From positions 10,253 to 74,252 of IMG/VR virus record IMGVR_UViG_3300026549_000071: a stretch of DNA of 64,000 nt; one strand, written 5' to 3'. The notes below the pieces were generated by a model. That model did not search any database and was not told the DNA's origin. It saw only the letters and a list, made by a program, of their open reading frames with translations. This DNA is from a virus. Taxonomy: Duplodnaviria; Caudoviricetes. The position numbers and the translations under genes were made by a program. This document shows positions 28,071 through 38,677 of this stretch, one piece after another; positions within the stretch are counted from its first letter, which is position 1, and the number at the start of each line of letters is the position of its first letter.

Positions 28071-28180
28071 TTCTAAACAGTAATGTAAGGTCAGCTATTA
28101 TAGGCCATATATACTCCGATAAAAAAGTAAAGCAACAAACCTTGCTTTACTTTTTTATTTCTGAAAGGTGGAAATATATT

Positions 28181-28579
28181 ATGTTTGATTTCCTGATTCC
28201 AAGTTTAATTGTAATTAATACGATTCTTCTATTGATTTTTGGATATCTATATTTCAATTTTGCAAGAGCAACTTCTCATGTGGTAATTGATATTGCTCAG
28301 CAAGTACGAAAATTAGTAGAAGACGTAGTTATGTTTAATGAAGCAAAATCGCAGGGGTTTATTGCTCCAACAAAACCAGATATGGATGGTTTAAACATCC
28401 AGTGTTGTAACTGTGGAAAACGCATGACAAATGCAGAAGACCATAACTATCAAATGGGTTCTGATGATTATGGCGTGAAATTAATTTGTAGTGAATGTGG
28501 ATATAAAGGCGTTCATTTTCAATACTTTAAGGATGAAAAACTGAAAATTATTATTATGCCAGTATTGAGTAAAAAATAA
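28181..28579 (+). CDS. Membrane-anchored protein with zinc ribbon
   Basis: N-terminal TM segment; CCNCG...CSECG; AAAGGTGG RBS. Confidence 0.75.
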   Translation: MFDFLIPSLIVINTILLLIFGYLYFNFARATSHVVIDIAQQVRKLVEDVVMFNEAKSQGFIAPTKPDMDGLNIQCCNCGKRMTNAEDHNYQMGSDDYGVKLICSECGYKGVHFQYFKDEKLKIIIMPVLSKK

Positions 28580-28606
28580 AATCATGCATACAATATAATA
28601 TTAGAC

Positions 28607-28697
28607 GGAGCGGTACTCAAGCGGTCGAAGAGGTCAGTCTTGAAAACTGAGAGACCATTCATTTGGTGCGTGGGTTCGAATCCTACTCGCTCCGCCA
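28607..28697 (+). tRNA. tRNA-Ser (UGA anticodon)
   Basis: GGAGCGG/TCGCTCC acceptor stem, TCAGT-CTTGAAA-ACTGA anticodon arm, long variable arm, TTCGAAT T-loop, CCA. Confidence 0.95.
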
Positions 28698-28703
28698 TTT
28701 TAT

Positions 28704-28777
28704 TCTGGCGTAGTTTAATGGTAAAGCACTTCCCCTCCAAGGAAGATTTGTGGGTTCAATCCCCATCGCCAGATCCA
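28704..28777 (+). tRNA. tRNA-Gly (UCC) with atypical C33
   Basis: TCTGGCG/CGCCAGA acceptor, CTTCC-CCTCCAA-GGAAG anticodon arm, U73, CCA. Confidence 0.85.
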
Positions 28778-28783
28778 TTTTAT

Positions 28784-28859
28784 AGCCCTTTAGCCAAGTT
28801 GGTAAAGGCATAGCGCTTTGACCGCTAGATCGCTGGTTCGATCCCAGCAAGGGTTGCCA
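28784..28859 (+). tRNA. tRNA-Gln (UUG)
   Basis: TAGCG-CTTTGAC-CGCTA anticodon arm, TTCGATC T-loop, CCA. Confidence 0.95.
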
Positions 28860-28863
28860 TTTT

Positions 28864-28934
28864 AGGGTCATAGTTTAATGGTAGAACAACGGTCTCCAAA
28901 ACCGTTAGTCATCGTTCGAGTCGATGTGATCCTG
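28864..28934 (+). tRNA. tRNA-Trp (CCA), 3' CCA not encoded
   Basis: AGGGTCA/TGATCCT acceptor, ACGGT-CTCCAAA-ACCGT anticodon arm, G73. Confidence 0.93.
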
Positions 28935-29061
28935 CACACATGCCCCAATTAAGGGACTTTATATATGTTAGATGGTAATTTCATTTTGTTTGACAAATTT
29001 CTGAACCGCTCTTTGCTCATGGATCTCAGAAATACTCCCTTTCATGAAATTACTTTCTATA

Positions 29062-29105
29062 AAAAGATTCTATACAGTATTGGAGAATACTGTATAGAAT
29101 CTTTT
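29062..29105. terminator. Bidirectional terminator between the tRNA cluster and the beta gene
   Basis: AAAAGATTCTATACAGTATT/AATACTGTATAGAATCTTTT inverted repeat. Confidence 0.85.
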
Positions 29106-29110
29106 ATCGT

Positions 29111-30271
29111 TTATCCTTTTTCATACATATCTTTCAACTGATGTTTCAACTCTACAAGGAGTTTCTGTGAAAACATCGTTGGAAGAATACCAATCGTTTG
29201 ACGTGCAAGAACCGATGTTGCAGGAATGCAAGACTCAATTGGCTCATTTGGACGATCAAGAGTATAGGGAGCTTGATCATCTGGAATGACCAAGGCTACT
29301 GTTCCTTTCAAGGCCAGATGATGAGCCATTTTGTCACCAGGTTTCATATTATCAGTAAATTTGATATAGAACTCAATGATGACTCCGTGTTCAATCTTAT
29401 ATCCTTTGACAGCACCTGCTGCATTTGGTTTTACAGGTCCATCAATCTCATAGAAGGTACTTCCTTGATCGGATGGATCGGTAATCTTATATTTCCGAAT
29501 CAGTTTCTTCTTCTCACGAATTCCCTTCCAGTATTTATCAACGATACTACCAAGAGATTTCGAGAGATCAGAGATTTCTTCTGTGCTATAGATGCGAATC
29601 TCATCTACAACCCCAGAGTATTTTGAGCTCAACGTATTCTTTGCCATGGATTTAATATCTTCCCGAAGATCTTTACCAATACCACGGAGCAAGCGGTTTA
29701 CGGATTCTTCATCTGCGGATTGCTCATACGTAATTAATGGCTGACCAACGAGAATCTTATCTCCGACGTTTACAATCTGGGATACCGTAGCATTCGGACC
29801 AAGAATGAGATGCTTTTGCATAACCATCTCCGTTCCCATACGTTTACTTAAACCTTCCGTAATCATATTGGAATCTTCAAAGGTCGCAAATGAACTCATA
29901 ATGGCAATCTTAGAAAGCGTACCAAGATTGAACTTGGCTCCATCATAATGATAGCTATAGTAATCCTTATTCTGTGCGAGAATATCATCTTTCTTAAAAC
30001 GTTGACCTACCTTATACATAGGCAACATCTTATTTTCCAGATAGAATCCACCACCGGCATTCTTCACCATAATGCCATTCAGATTAATGGCTTCATATTT
30101 CCCATTCTTATATTCTGCTACCATCATATTCGTCTTTTTATCAAATTCCACAATTTTACCATCGTCCTGTGCTTTAATGACAAAGTCTTTCGATGCCATA
30201 TAAGGCATCGCTTTTTCAATGCCAGTAGATAACAGAACCGGGCACATATCTTTTACTGGAATCAAATGTTT
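29111..30271 (-). CDS. rpoB: RNA polymerase beta subunit N-part, exon 2
   Basis: KHLIPV, LGTLSKIAIMSSFATFEDS, PGDKMAHHLALKG motifs; joins exon 1 in frame as ...MASKQN|KHLIPV... Confidence 0.88.
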   Translation of the reverse strand, partial: KHLIPVKDMCPVLLSTGIEKAMPYMASKDFVIKAQDDGKIVEFDKKTNMMVAEYKNGKYEAINLNGIMVKNAGGGFYLENKMLPMYKVGQRFKKDDILAQNKDYYSYHYDGAKFNLGTLSKIAIMSSFATFEDSNMITEGLSKRMGTEMVMQKHLILGPNATVSQIVNVGDKILVGQPLITYEQSADEESVNRLLRGIGKDLREDIKSMAKNTLSSKYSGVVDEIRIYSTEEISDLSKSLGSIVDKYWKGIREKKKLIRKYKITDPSDQGSTFYEIDGPVKPNAAGAVKGYKIEHGVIIEFYIKFTDNMKPGDKMAHHLALKGTVALVIPDDQAPYTLDRPNEPIESCIPATSVLARQTIGILPTMFSQKLLVELKHQLKDMYEKG

Positions 30272-30569
30272 CGTTGTATTCACATGGGTCGTTAATCCAT
30301 GCAGTTCTCTTATGAACTTCTATATGTCACCATATAGTCCAGACTATATCTTTATTCCTATTACTAGGAATTGCTCCATTTCGATTTAAGGGATTTTCAC
30401 CCACTCACTTGAGCCCTACTCCTATTGCCGAATTTCACGGCTCCATTTGGATAGTCGTTGAACCTTCTCTTTCGAGCTTGGCTGCTGATTGTCTCTTTTT
30501 AAATAGAGAGTTCCCAGCAATTAAGAGCTAGGAGAATCATAGATTACTCTATGAAACGAACTAAATTTA
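30272..30569 (-). ncRNA. Group I intron (IA-type, 298 nt, no homing endonuclease ORF)
   Basis: P AATTGCTGGGAA, Q AATCAGCAG, R GTTCAACGACTA, S AAGATATAGTCT; P7 GACTA/TAGTC; P1 with U.G at exon-end AAT|TAA; terminal G before AAA CAT. Confidence 0.93.
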
Positions 30570-33566
30570 ATTCTGCTTCGAGGCCATAGCGGTACGAATG
30601 GCATCATCCATGGTAACACCAATGCCATTCACAAGTTCCGAATAACCAAAGAGTTTCGTCTGATCCATTTGATCAGGAGATTCTTTGCAATCAATGAAAC
30701 CTCTTGTATTGGTTACTTTCGGATCAATGGTCAATTCACGTACCACACCACAGTTTGCATCTGGAGATGTACTAATCGTCATACAGCCAATCATCGTTTG
30801 ATCAAAGCAACGTTTTTCTTTTGTATAAGAACGTTCTAGGTTGATACCAGAAGGTCCTTTACATGTGATTGCACGTTCCTTTTCTTTTTCTGTGATTGGA
30901 TTAATGATTGACACATCTTCTACGACGTTACTCGTCAAGATTTCTTTGATGATAGCATCTTTCGGTAACGAAATCTTTTCTGGTGTTGCATATTTTGCCT
31001 TACGTTTGTAATTGGAGTATGATGCAGAAAGTGCTTTATAGAGATAAGCACTAATCATTTCCAAGTTACGTACACGGAATTCTGTTAAGGAAAGTTCCGA
31101 TGAGGAAGCATTATCCGACAGAAGATCGGACGCTGCAAGCATCAATTGTACGAAATCCGTAGGCAAATCCATTTGCTTTAAGATCTCTTCACTGATTGGA
31201 TCAATCATATTATCATAATACGCATCCAAACCAGATGCCAATGCACGATTGCTATACTTCATATCAAAGAAATCCAAGTATGGCATTTGTGTATCGAAAT
31301 CAGAATAGTTATATGCTTTCGTATCAATAAATGTCAATCCGCTCATAAGAAGAGAATGAGCCGTTGGAGTTAAGCTGTATACGAGATACCCATCTGCGAA
31401 CTGAATGGCTGCTTGATCAACTCCAAGATCTCTCGGATTCTTATCCGTAAAATGATACTGAATACCTTCCTTATTCATGACGGTTGTTAAACCTTCAAAA
31501 TAGCTAAGGAAGATAATACTCGGAATCATCTTATTCATAACCTTGCAAGCAGAATACATGAAACGCTTACCTGGTTTATCTTTTGGACCTTGAAGATCCC
31601 AGAAGTTCTTTCCAGTTTCTTTCTCATAGATATGAACGAATGTATCAATAGGTCCATTTAACGTTTCTTTTCCATCATCTTTTTCCGTTCCATCGGATTC
31701 AATGGGACAGACGTATGCTTTTATCTTTGCATTCTCACGTCCATCATAAACACAGTAAATGTATTTATCATCATTGATATCTTCCAGTTTCTTATCATGG
31801 CGAAGTTCATCATAGAACTTTTGATCAAACTTCAAACCGATTCCTTTTCCACGAATGGTAATCCCTGAGAATTCTTTTGCAAGAGAATCATACTCAATCG
31901 AAGTCATATGACCATTATTGACACCCATACCATTTCCTCGTTTTACCTTGAAAATGGCAGGATTATTTGCAATGATTTTCTTGAAGATCGTTACCTTCGG
32001 AGAAACTGTATCGCCTAAACGATATACAAAGATCTTATTATAGTTCGTGCAAACCTGAACACGATCCGCAGAGATTTTAATCAACGGTTTCAAAATCTGC
32101 TGATTGACGAATTGCTTTCTGTTACCAGCAAGATAGAGATAGTTGTTATCATAGACCTTAGGAATATCTACCGTGACACTGTGACGAACTCCATCTTCCG
32201 TCTGAAGTTTTACCGTCCAAGTTTCCTTCAGATCCATTGCAGTTGATGTATCTTCACGTTTGATGTTCGTAATCACAGCAGGAAGATTTTTCTTCTTATT
32301 CAGGGAACGAAATACATTGATGATATCCTTATCCTTGACGTTTTCATTATACGATTTATTGATGTTATCGAAACGAATTTTCTTTACGCTCTTATTTGGC
32401 GTAAAGAGTTTATCCGAGATATCGTCCGATTCAATCGTATAATCAATCTTTGAAGTATCTTCCAAATCTCCTAAGGAGATATTATCCAACTTCAGTTCTT
32501 TCTGTTTCTGACGAAGTGCTTGAAAACGTTTATTTTCCGGAGCTGTACGATTCATCTCCTGAAAATTCGTATCAATGGCTTTCTTCGCCAATTCCATCTC
32601 ATCTTCAGTAAGTTCTTCATGTGTTTTGACAGGATCTTCCTCTGTAAGATCTGCCTTTGGTTCTTTTTTATCAACGATTGTAGTCGATGCAGGAGTAGGA
32701 ACTGCACGAGGAGATGATTTATCTTCCTCTTCTTTTTCCTTCTGCTGAATCTTTTCAACTTCTTTTTCTTTCTCGATTTTCTCTTCTTCCGTTTCTGGAG
32801 AGAGATCCAAATTGATTTCTTTTGATTTGCATTTATTCATGCAAGAATAGAGTTTCATACTGATTTCTTTTTCCGTATGACTCATATCCCAGTAGAACAA
32901 ACCAAACGTATCATCGAGAATAATCAATGTATAATCCTTTAATGGCTCTAAACCTTCAGGATCTTTCTTTAGGAGTTCATAAAACATTGAAATCGGATTC
33001 ATCATCTTCTGATTAATGCTCATGACTTTCGAACGATTACTGGTACTAATTCCCCACGATTTCGTATCCAAAATCAGGTAACGGTGTTCATGGTTCAATC
33101 CAGCACAAACTGTTTTCAGGTAACGAGCAAGATGCCGCACATACGATTTGCAGAGTATGGGATAATTCTTTCCCTTAGAATGTTCCAAGAAAGCACTATT
33201 TACATCACTCGTATCCACAAAGATATTCTTATTACGAACTCCCGCTGGTTTCGTATAGAGTGTTAATTTGAGTTTCTTTACATCATTCGACAGTGTTGCG
33301 ATTTCACTTGCATCCATCTTTTCACGGATGGTTGTTGTGAAGATCTTATCCGTATAACGAAACGGTTTATAATACCGAGCAAATTTAGAGTCTCGATACA
33401 GTAACAGATTCTTCAAGATATCTGAACACTGTGTTGGGTTTTTAATCAAGAGACCAATGAAAGTTCCTTCCAAAGGTTTCTTTGGATCATATGGGAGTCG
33501 GGTAAGTGTGGTCTTATATTTCAATTCACCATAGTCTTCCAGTTTATTCGCCATATGAGAATTCAC
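30570..33566 (-). CDS. rpoB: RNA polymerase beta subunit N-part, exon 1 (spliced product about 1385 aa; probably virion RNAP)
   Basis: GPSGI..ER, STSPDANCGVVRELT, DDAIRTAMASKQ motifs; GGAGGTG RBS; GACA-N6-TA at 33600-33611. Confidence 0.88.
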
Positions 33567-34209
33567 CTCCTACAGAATATATGTAAACTCTTATAGTATT
33601 AGGGGAATGTCAAATCGATGAATTCGTTATAATATCTTATACTTCATCTACAAGATATTAGGAGGGAAGAAATCCCTCTTAGATAATTGAGATTACTTTG
33701 TTTTTGAGTCCCATTGGTTCTAAGACCATGCCTTGTTCCGTAGGATACTTGATATCTCGAAGGTAGATATGAAAATTTCGAACGACCATAAATGACGTAA
33801 TTGTCAGTTATTGCAAAAACACATGTGTAGAGTGAGAATGGATTCATCCAAAATTCATACGTGGTTTGACGAGTTTGACACCGAATTCATTCTCACTTGC
33901 TATTATTCTACGTTATAACATCATTATTACCATAGAACGATTCATCGTTCTATGGTATATTTAATTTGAAGTTTGTACTAACATATCATTGAAGGAAATT
34001 CACAATTAACTCCTATTGAAGTCGCGTCTACAAATCCTTCAGGGGCTCCAGTTCTGTGTTTTCTTCGCGTCTCCTTTTGAACTATCCAAGGAATTTGAAA
34101 TATAGAATTCCTTGGATATTTTTAATGGATTCAAAAATGGAATGAAGTATATATTATACTTCAGAATAAGTTTTTCACATATATTACAATCGAAGGGGTT
34201 GAATTACAA

Positions 34210-34854
34210 ATGGTAATGAAACGATTGGATATCCGTATTTTCCATGGAAAGATTGAGGTATACCCAAAGGTTGGTGACATGAATGTTTCCTATAAGGATA
34301 ACATCGCGTGTATCACAACTGGATCATGGTATATCGAAGTACGGAGAACAGCTACAATTATTAAGTGCAGTTCTAAAGCTATGGTAAAGAGACGGAATTT
34401 TCGGATTCATACAATTCAGGGAAGTCTCTTCCTGTACAATTCGACGAATGACTGGCACTGGAATTTCCGGAAGAAGAAATTACAACACCAATTGGATATG
34501 CTTCAGATTGATCGCATGGTTTATTTGAATGAACCATACTACGAAACGGAAACGGTCATGAAGAAAGAAAACAATAAGTTTATTCCATGCGAAATTGAAG
34601 GTGTTTATACACTTCAATATCGCAGTGATGCTATGGATTTGAACATAAAGAAGGATCATATTAAGATCCAAGATTATGCTGTTATTCCAGTAAAATTTAC
34701 GTTTGAGAAATATCTTCTCTTGCGTACAACACCAAATCATCATGTGATTTATCTTCATCACTGCAAAATGAAAGATATTTTTGAAGAATTGACTTCAGCC
34801 ATCCAAACCGATGGATTTGAAACAAAACCTTTGAAGGAGATTGAGGCACAGTGA
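34210..34854 (+). CDS. Hypothetical early protein, 214 aa
   Basis: Early promoter 34148-34157; AAGGGG RBS. Confidence 0.8.
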   Translation: MVMKRLDIRIFHGKIEVYPKVGDMNVSYKDNIACITTGSWYIEVRRTATIIKCSSKAMVKRRNFRIHTIQGSLFLYNSTNDWHWNFRKKKLQHQLDMLQIDRMVYLNEPYYETETVMKKENNKFIPCEIEGVYTLQYRSDAMDLNIKKDHIKIQDYAVIPVKFTFEKYLLLRTTPNHHVIYLHHCKMKDIFEELTSAIQTDGFETKPLKEIEAQ

Positions 34855-35588
34855 CACTTACAGAAATGCAGAAACAAATGGAAGATGAACGGATGGAATC
34901 TCATTGCTACGAAGATAACAATGCAGATACGGCTAAAGCGTTTATTCGTAAGAAAGTTATTCCTTGCTATATGAATTCTCCTTTCAAAACGAAAGGAAAA
35001 GATTTCATTGAACGGGAAATGGATTTGGTGACGAAGATTTTCCAATATACGGAGATTAAGAAGGATGTAACAGAAGTACGTCTTCTTATGGCAGCAGCAT
35101 TCTATCCGATTTCTCTTGTATGGGAACAAGAACCAAAACTGAATCGTGGGAATATGGGATTCTGCTCTCAGAAGATTGTAAAGAACTATTGGGAAGATGA
35201 ATTGATTCCGTATACTCATCATAATAAATATGCTCCAAGTTGGATTGATGGCATTTGTTATGCAGATGGAATTAATTCGAAGCGTTATCATATGTCAGCA
35301 TATTCCATCTATGGAGAATTTGTACATGACGTATATCACTTGGCGAATATCATCAATATGGGGTTTGAGGATTATATGAAAGCATTAGAAGAAGACTATG
35401 CTCTTCTTTATCCGAAACGTAGCTCTGAGAAACTTCATTCGACGGCAATTAATCGTCTCCGTACACGTTATGGAATCAATGGGATTTACAGTATTGCAAC
35501 GAAAGAGATTCGCAATTGCATTCCCATTCAGAATCGGTTCTTTGATTTTCAGAATTTCATTGAAAAAGAATATAAGAAACTCAACTAA
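34851..35588 (+). CDS. Degenerate HD-domain-like protein
   Basis: LLMAAAFYPI at the usual AA.LHD position; SIYGEFVHD and RYGINGIY resemble an HD-family C-terminus. Confidence 0.45.
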   Translation: MTLTEMQKQMEDERMESHCYEDNNADTAKAFIRKKVIPCYMNSPFKTKGKDFIEREMDLVTKIFQYTEIKKDVTEVRLLMAAAFYPISLVWEQEPKLNRGNMGFCSQKIVKNYWEDELIPYTHHNKYAPSWIDGICYADGINSKRYHMSAYSIYGEFVHDVYHLANIINMGFEDYMKALEEDYALLYPKRSSEKLHSTAINRLRTRYGINGIYSIATKEIRNCIPIQNRFFDFQNFIEKEYKKLN

Positions 35589-35675
35589 TGAGAAGAAATC
35601 TATGGTTTATTTCCATAGATTTCTTTTTTCTTGAATAGATTTTGCACAAGGTTGTAAGACCCATAAGAATGTGAG

Positions 35676-36722
35676 GTGATTGCTTTGGGAATTACATTTA
35701 TGGAAGCATTAAAAAATGTATTCTCGTTTCATTCTGATCCAAACGACCCTAGTGGAAATCATACAATAGAGAATGATTCATCTCCGGATTCGAATGAGGA
35801 AAGTATCAAGGATGATGAGCAAGAAGAGCAATCATCAAAAGAAACGAAAGATATTCGTAGATGTGAACATTGTGGAGAAAAGATGGAATTGTATCGTTCC
35901 ATTGATACATCGTTTCTTAGCATTGTGGTATTTCATTGCCCAAATTGTAATAATTACAGAGAGCTGGATTATGAAGTACCGTCGCAACGAGTATTGAAAA
36001 CTATTGATCTCTATAATACAAAAAATCAATATATGTATTCTTTTGCAGATTCTTCTCTTGATCCGAATGTAAATAGTTTTAGTTTATACCAATTATGGGA
36101 TATTTGTGGATGTATATGCTATCCAGCATATGTGAAGATTGGAGAGAATGAGGCAGCAAGGATGGTATTTATTCAAGCAACGGATCATCCAGAGAAATAT
36201 GAAGCTCAACGAGCATTCATCGTCACTAGCAACAATATGATTGCCGAGATTATGCTCGGTAGATCATCGTTCGTATACTTCATATCAAATCCGTACCTGA
36301 GTAAAATTCCACATCCTGACTATATCTACGTATCTCTTCCAACGGAAATCAATCCATCCATTTCTACGGTCATGAATGTACGATATCGTATTACGAAACG
36401 TGATTTTGATGAAGATAATTACTGGATTGAGATGAACTTCGTAGAAGACTTTCCATTCCATTGTTTTGGGATTGAAGTAGAACTGAAGTTCATTCATAAG
36501 AAATCTCTTGGTGAACTTTCTACGATGGATTTGATTCACTCCATTCACTTGCGTGAGATTATTCTTGGGGAATCAGAAATTCAACTGAGTGAAGGATTCT
36601 ATATACAATCTTCTCGTGTGACGAAAGTGAATCTCTTTGAAATTGCAACGAAGGTAATTCCACAGGATACAAGAAATCAAGTCTATAATGATATCTTACG
36701 TTTTGTGGATGCCATTGAGTGA
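35676..36722 (+). CDS. Hypothetical protein with zinc ribbon, 348 aa
   Basis: CEHCG...HCPNC; CACA-N6-TA at 35645-35656. Confidence 0.75.
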   Translation: MIALGITFMEALKNVFSFHSDPNDPSGNHTIENDSSPDSNEESIKDDEQEEQSSKETKDIRRCEHCGEKMELYRSIDTSFLSIVVFHCPNCNNYRELDYEVPSQRVLKTIDLYNTKNQYMYSFADSSLDPNVNSFSLYQLWDICGCICYPAYVKIGENEAARMVFIQATDHPEKYEAQRAFIVTSNNMIAEIMLGRSSFVYFISNPYLSKIPHPDYIYVSLPTEINPSISTVMNVRYRITKRDFDEDNYWIEMNFVEDFPFHCFGIEVELKFIHKKSLGELSTMDLIHSIHLREIILGESEIQLSEGFYIQSSRVTKVNLFEIATKVIPQDTRNQVYNDILRFVDAIE

Positions 36723-36816
36723 TTGAATAATTCATGGGATACTAACAATATCCTATGAATTATTCAATTCCTTGATAAAATATATATTATAACATGAGAG
36801 GAGTAATGAAATTACA

Positions 36817-36993
36817 ATGTTAGGTGTTATGTTACTTTGTATTGGTGTCGTTAGTATATTTCTTGCATACGTAACCCATGATAGTTATTACTTCAAGGGA
36901 ATGGATCGTGCGCAAGGAATTTGTTTCGCCATTGGAATATTATCTGCCTTTGGGTTTGCATATTACGTCGTAAATTTCTTTATGGAATTTTAA
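36817..36993 (+). CDS. 58-aa two-TM early membrane protein, not in the ORF track
   Basis: MLGVMLLCIGVVSIFLAYV...GICFAIGILSAFGFAYYVVNFF; early promoter 36781-36790; GAGGAG RBS. Confidence 0.65.
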   Translation: MLGVMLLCIGVVSIFLAYVTHDSYYFKGMDRAQGICFAIGILSAFGFAYYVVNFFMEF

Positions 36994-37054
36994 ACACCCA
37001 AAGACATCATGATAGAAATTTTAGTTTACGTGTTTCAAAAGGAGGAAATGTATA

Positions 37055-37831
37055 ATGTTTAATGCAAATGCCGTAAGAACACCAGCTCAATCAGTGAATA
37101 CAAATGGTATTCAGTTTTATGCTGATGCATCTACACTCAATCTAAACTTTTGGTCTACGACAGTCGTAGCAAAAATTGCTCCGGCAAAACCTCAGGCAGA
37201 GCGTACGGAAGGTACCAGATATTATGATTATCAGCAGGCAATTCGTATGACACTTCCTGCTGATAAAGCAGTTGCCCTTGGCCATTTGATCGAGGATAAA
37301 ATCATTCCAGCATGTGAAAAAGGTGAAGCAGCTCATGTAGGTCTGGTCAGCTCTAAAGTAAACATGATCTACGTTTCTACAGGTGTGGATGAAACCGGTT
37401 CGGTTAATCCGATGGTCAGTATTTTTAATAATATTGATGAATCGAAGAAAGCCGGGAAGGCTTTGACCTTTGTATTCCAGAAACGTAGGTTGTTTAGCAA
37501 GTACAATCCTGAAACGGGCGAATCCGATTATGATGATACCCCAATGATGGAATTACAGGCACTCGCAGATTTCCTGAAGAATTCTATTCTTCTGTTTGGG
37601 CATACTGCTCATGCAAGCAACTATTACAATGCGGATGCAAACTTCAAGCGTGATGATTTCATCAATCAGGCAGCATCGCGTATGAATTTTACGGTTCAAC
37701 AGCCGGTTCATTATGCATCTCGTCAGGCACAGAAAGATCCGTGGTCGAGTGATAATAGTGCATCGAATCAGGAGAATGCAGCTCCTGTAAGCAGTGCTTC
37801 TTCGATGGATGATATTTCTGGTCTGCTTTGA
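37055..37831 (+). CDS. Probable single-stranded DNA-binding protein
   Basis: Beta-rich core, low-complexity linker and acidic-hydrophobic tail SMDDISGLL; AAGGAGG RBS. Confidence 0.55.
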   Translation: MFNANAVRTPAQSVNTNGIQFYADASTLNLNFWSTTVVAKIAPAKPQAERTEGTRYYDYQQAIRMTLPADKAVALGHLIEDKIIPACEKGEAAHVGLVSSKVNMIYVSTGVDETGSVNPMVSIFNNIDESKKAGKALTFVFQKRRLFSKYNPETGESDYDDTPMMELQALADFLKNSILLFGHTAHASNYYNADANFKRDDFINQAASRMNFTVQQPVHYASRQAQKDPWSSDNSASNQENAAPVSSASSMDDISGLL

Positions 37832-37916
37832 TACTATAACGAAAGAAAGTAAGCAACGGATTGCTTACTTTCTTTTTTATCCTTAGTAACGAAATGATAA
37901 AAGGAAGTGAGTTTGA

Positions 37917-38615
37917 TTGGAAGTACAGAATGTTCCACGAACCATTGAACTTCGAAAAGCGAATGTTCTCTTTGAATATGATCATGTATTAAAAGATCCG
38001 GATGCTTTCATCTTGAAAACGGTTGCAATACATTACCCGAAGAAATTCGCTGAGTATATCAATATTCCAAAGATTAATACAATGACGTATGATACGTTAT
38101 CTTCTGAATTAGTTCTACGGAGAGAAGAAGATGTATTGAAATGGGCGTCATTAAAGCCGTTTGATTTTCAAAAGAACTATGAATATCTATATAAGAAGTT
38201 CAAGAATATGTATCGAGATTCTAGAGAACTATCTATGTATGGATCTGTAAGGACGTTTTCCCATGCATACTGTATTGGTAGTGTTTATATATGGAATCGT
38301 ACAGATGATATTCGTCAACGATTAGATTTAGTGAATGCCGTAGGGAAAAGTGAAGTCATCAAATACGTCACAGGGCCATTAGATAAAGTAATTCGTCAGT
38401 TAAAACCGAGCATGGTATATCACCATTCTGCAAAAGTAGTCGCTGATTTGAATGAATATGAAGATTTTCCAAATACCTATTTTGCAGTTGCGAACTATCA
38501 ATATAACTTCGAAGATAACAGTACATTTTACTTGAAGTATGATCTTCCAAAACGGAAGAATATTACGATCTTTCGAGTGATGGATGCAAAGAATGCAAAC
38601 CTTTATAGAGGGTAA
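37917..38615 (+). CDS. Hypothetical protein, 232 aa
   Basis: AAAGGAAG RBS; bounded by terminators. Confidence 0.75.
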   Translation: MEVQNVPRTIELRKANVLFEYDHVLKDPDAFILKTVAIHYPKKFAEYINIPKINTMTYDTLSSELVLRREEDVLKWASLKPFDFQKNYEYLYKKFKNMYRDSRELSMYGSVRTFSHAYCIGSVYIWNRTDDIRQRLDLVNAVGKSEVIKYVTGPLDKVIRQLKPSMVYHHSAKVVADLNEYEDFPNTYFAVANYQYNFEDNSTFYLKYDLPKRKNITIFRVMDAKNANLYRG

Positions 38616-38677
38616 TTTTTACCCTATTTGACATCAATGTATATGTTACATATAAAGCTTTTAGGAGGAAGAATGCA

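Noticed and set aside
28607-28697. tRNA with 'TGA' as an opal suppressor implying stop-codon recoding
   Set aside because: TGA is the anticodon (reads UCA, Ser); genes end normally at TAA, TAG and TGA and long conserved genes have no in-frame stops.
28975-29052. Nested stem (GTAATTTCA/TGAAATTAC, ATTTCTGA/TCAGAAAT) after tRNA-Trp as a fifth tRNA
   Set aside because: No cloverleaf, D-loop or T-loop; at most a trailer structure.
29111-30283. 390-aa ORF as an independent gene starting at GTG 30283
   Set aside because: It is exon 2 of the beta gene; the first four codons lie inside the group I intron and there is no RBS.
33644-33847. 67-aa minus-strand ORF in the gap upstream of the beta gene
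   Set aside because: No RBS and atypical composition; treated as non-coding.
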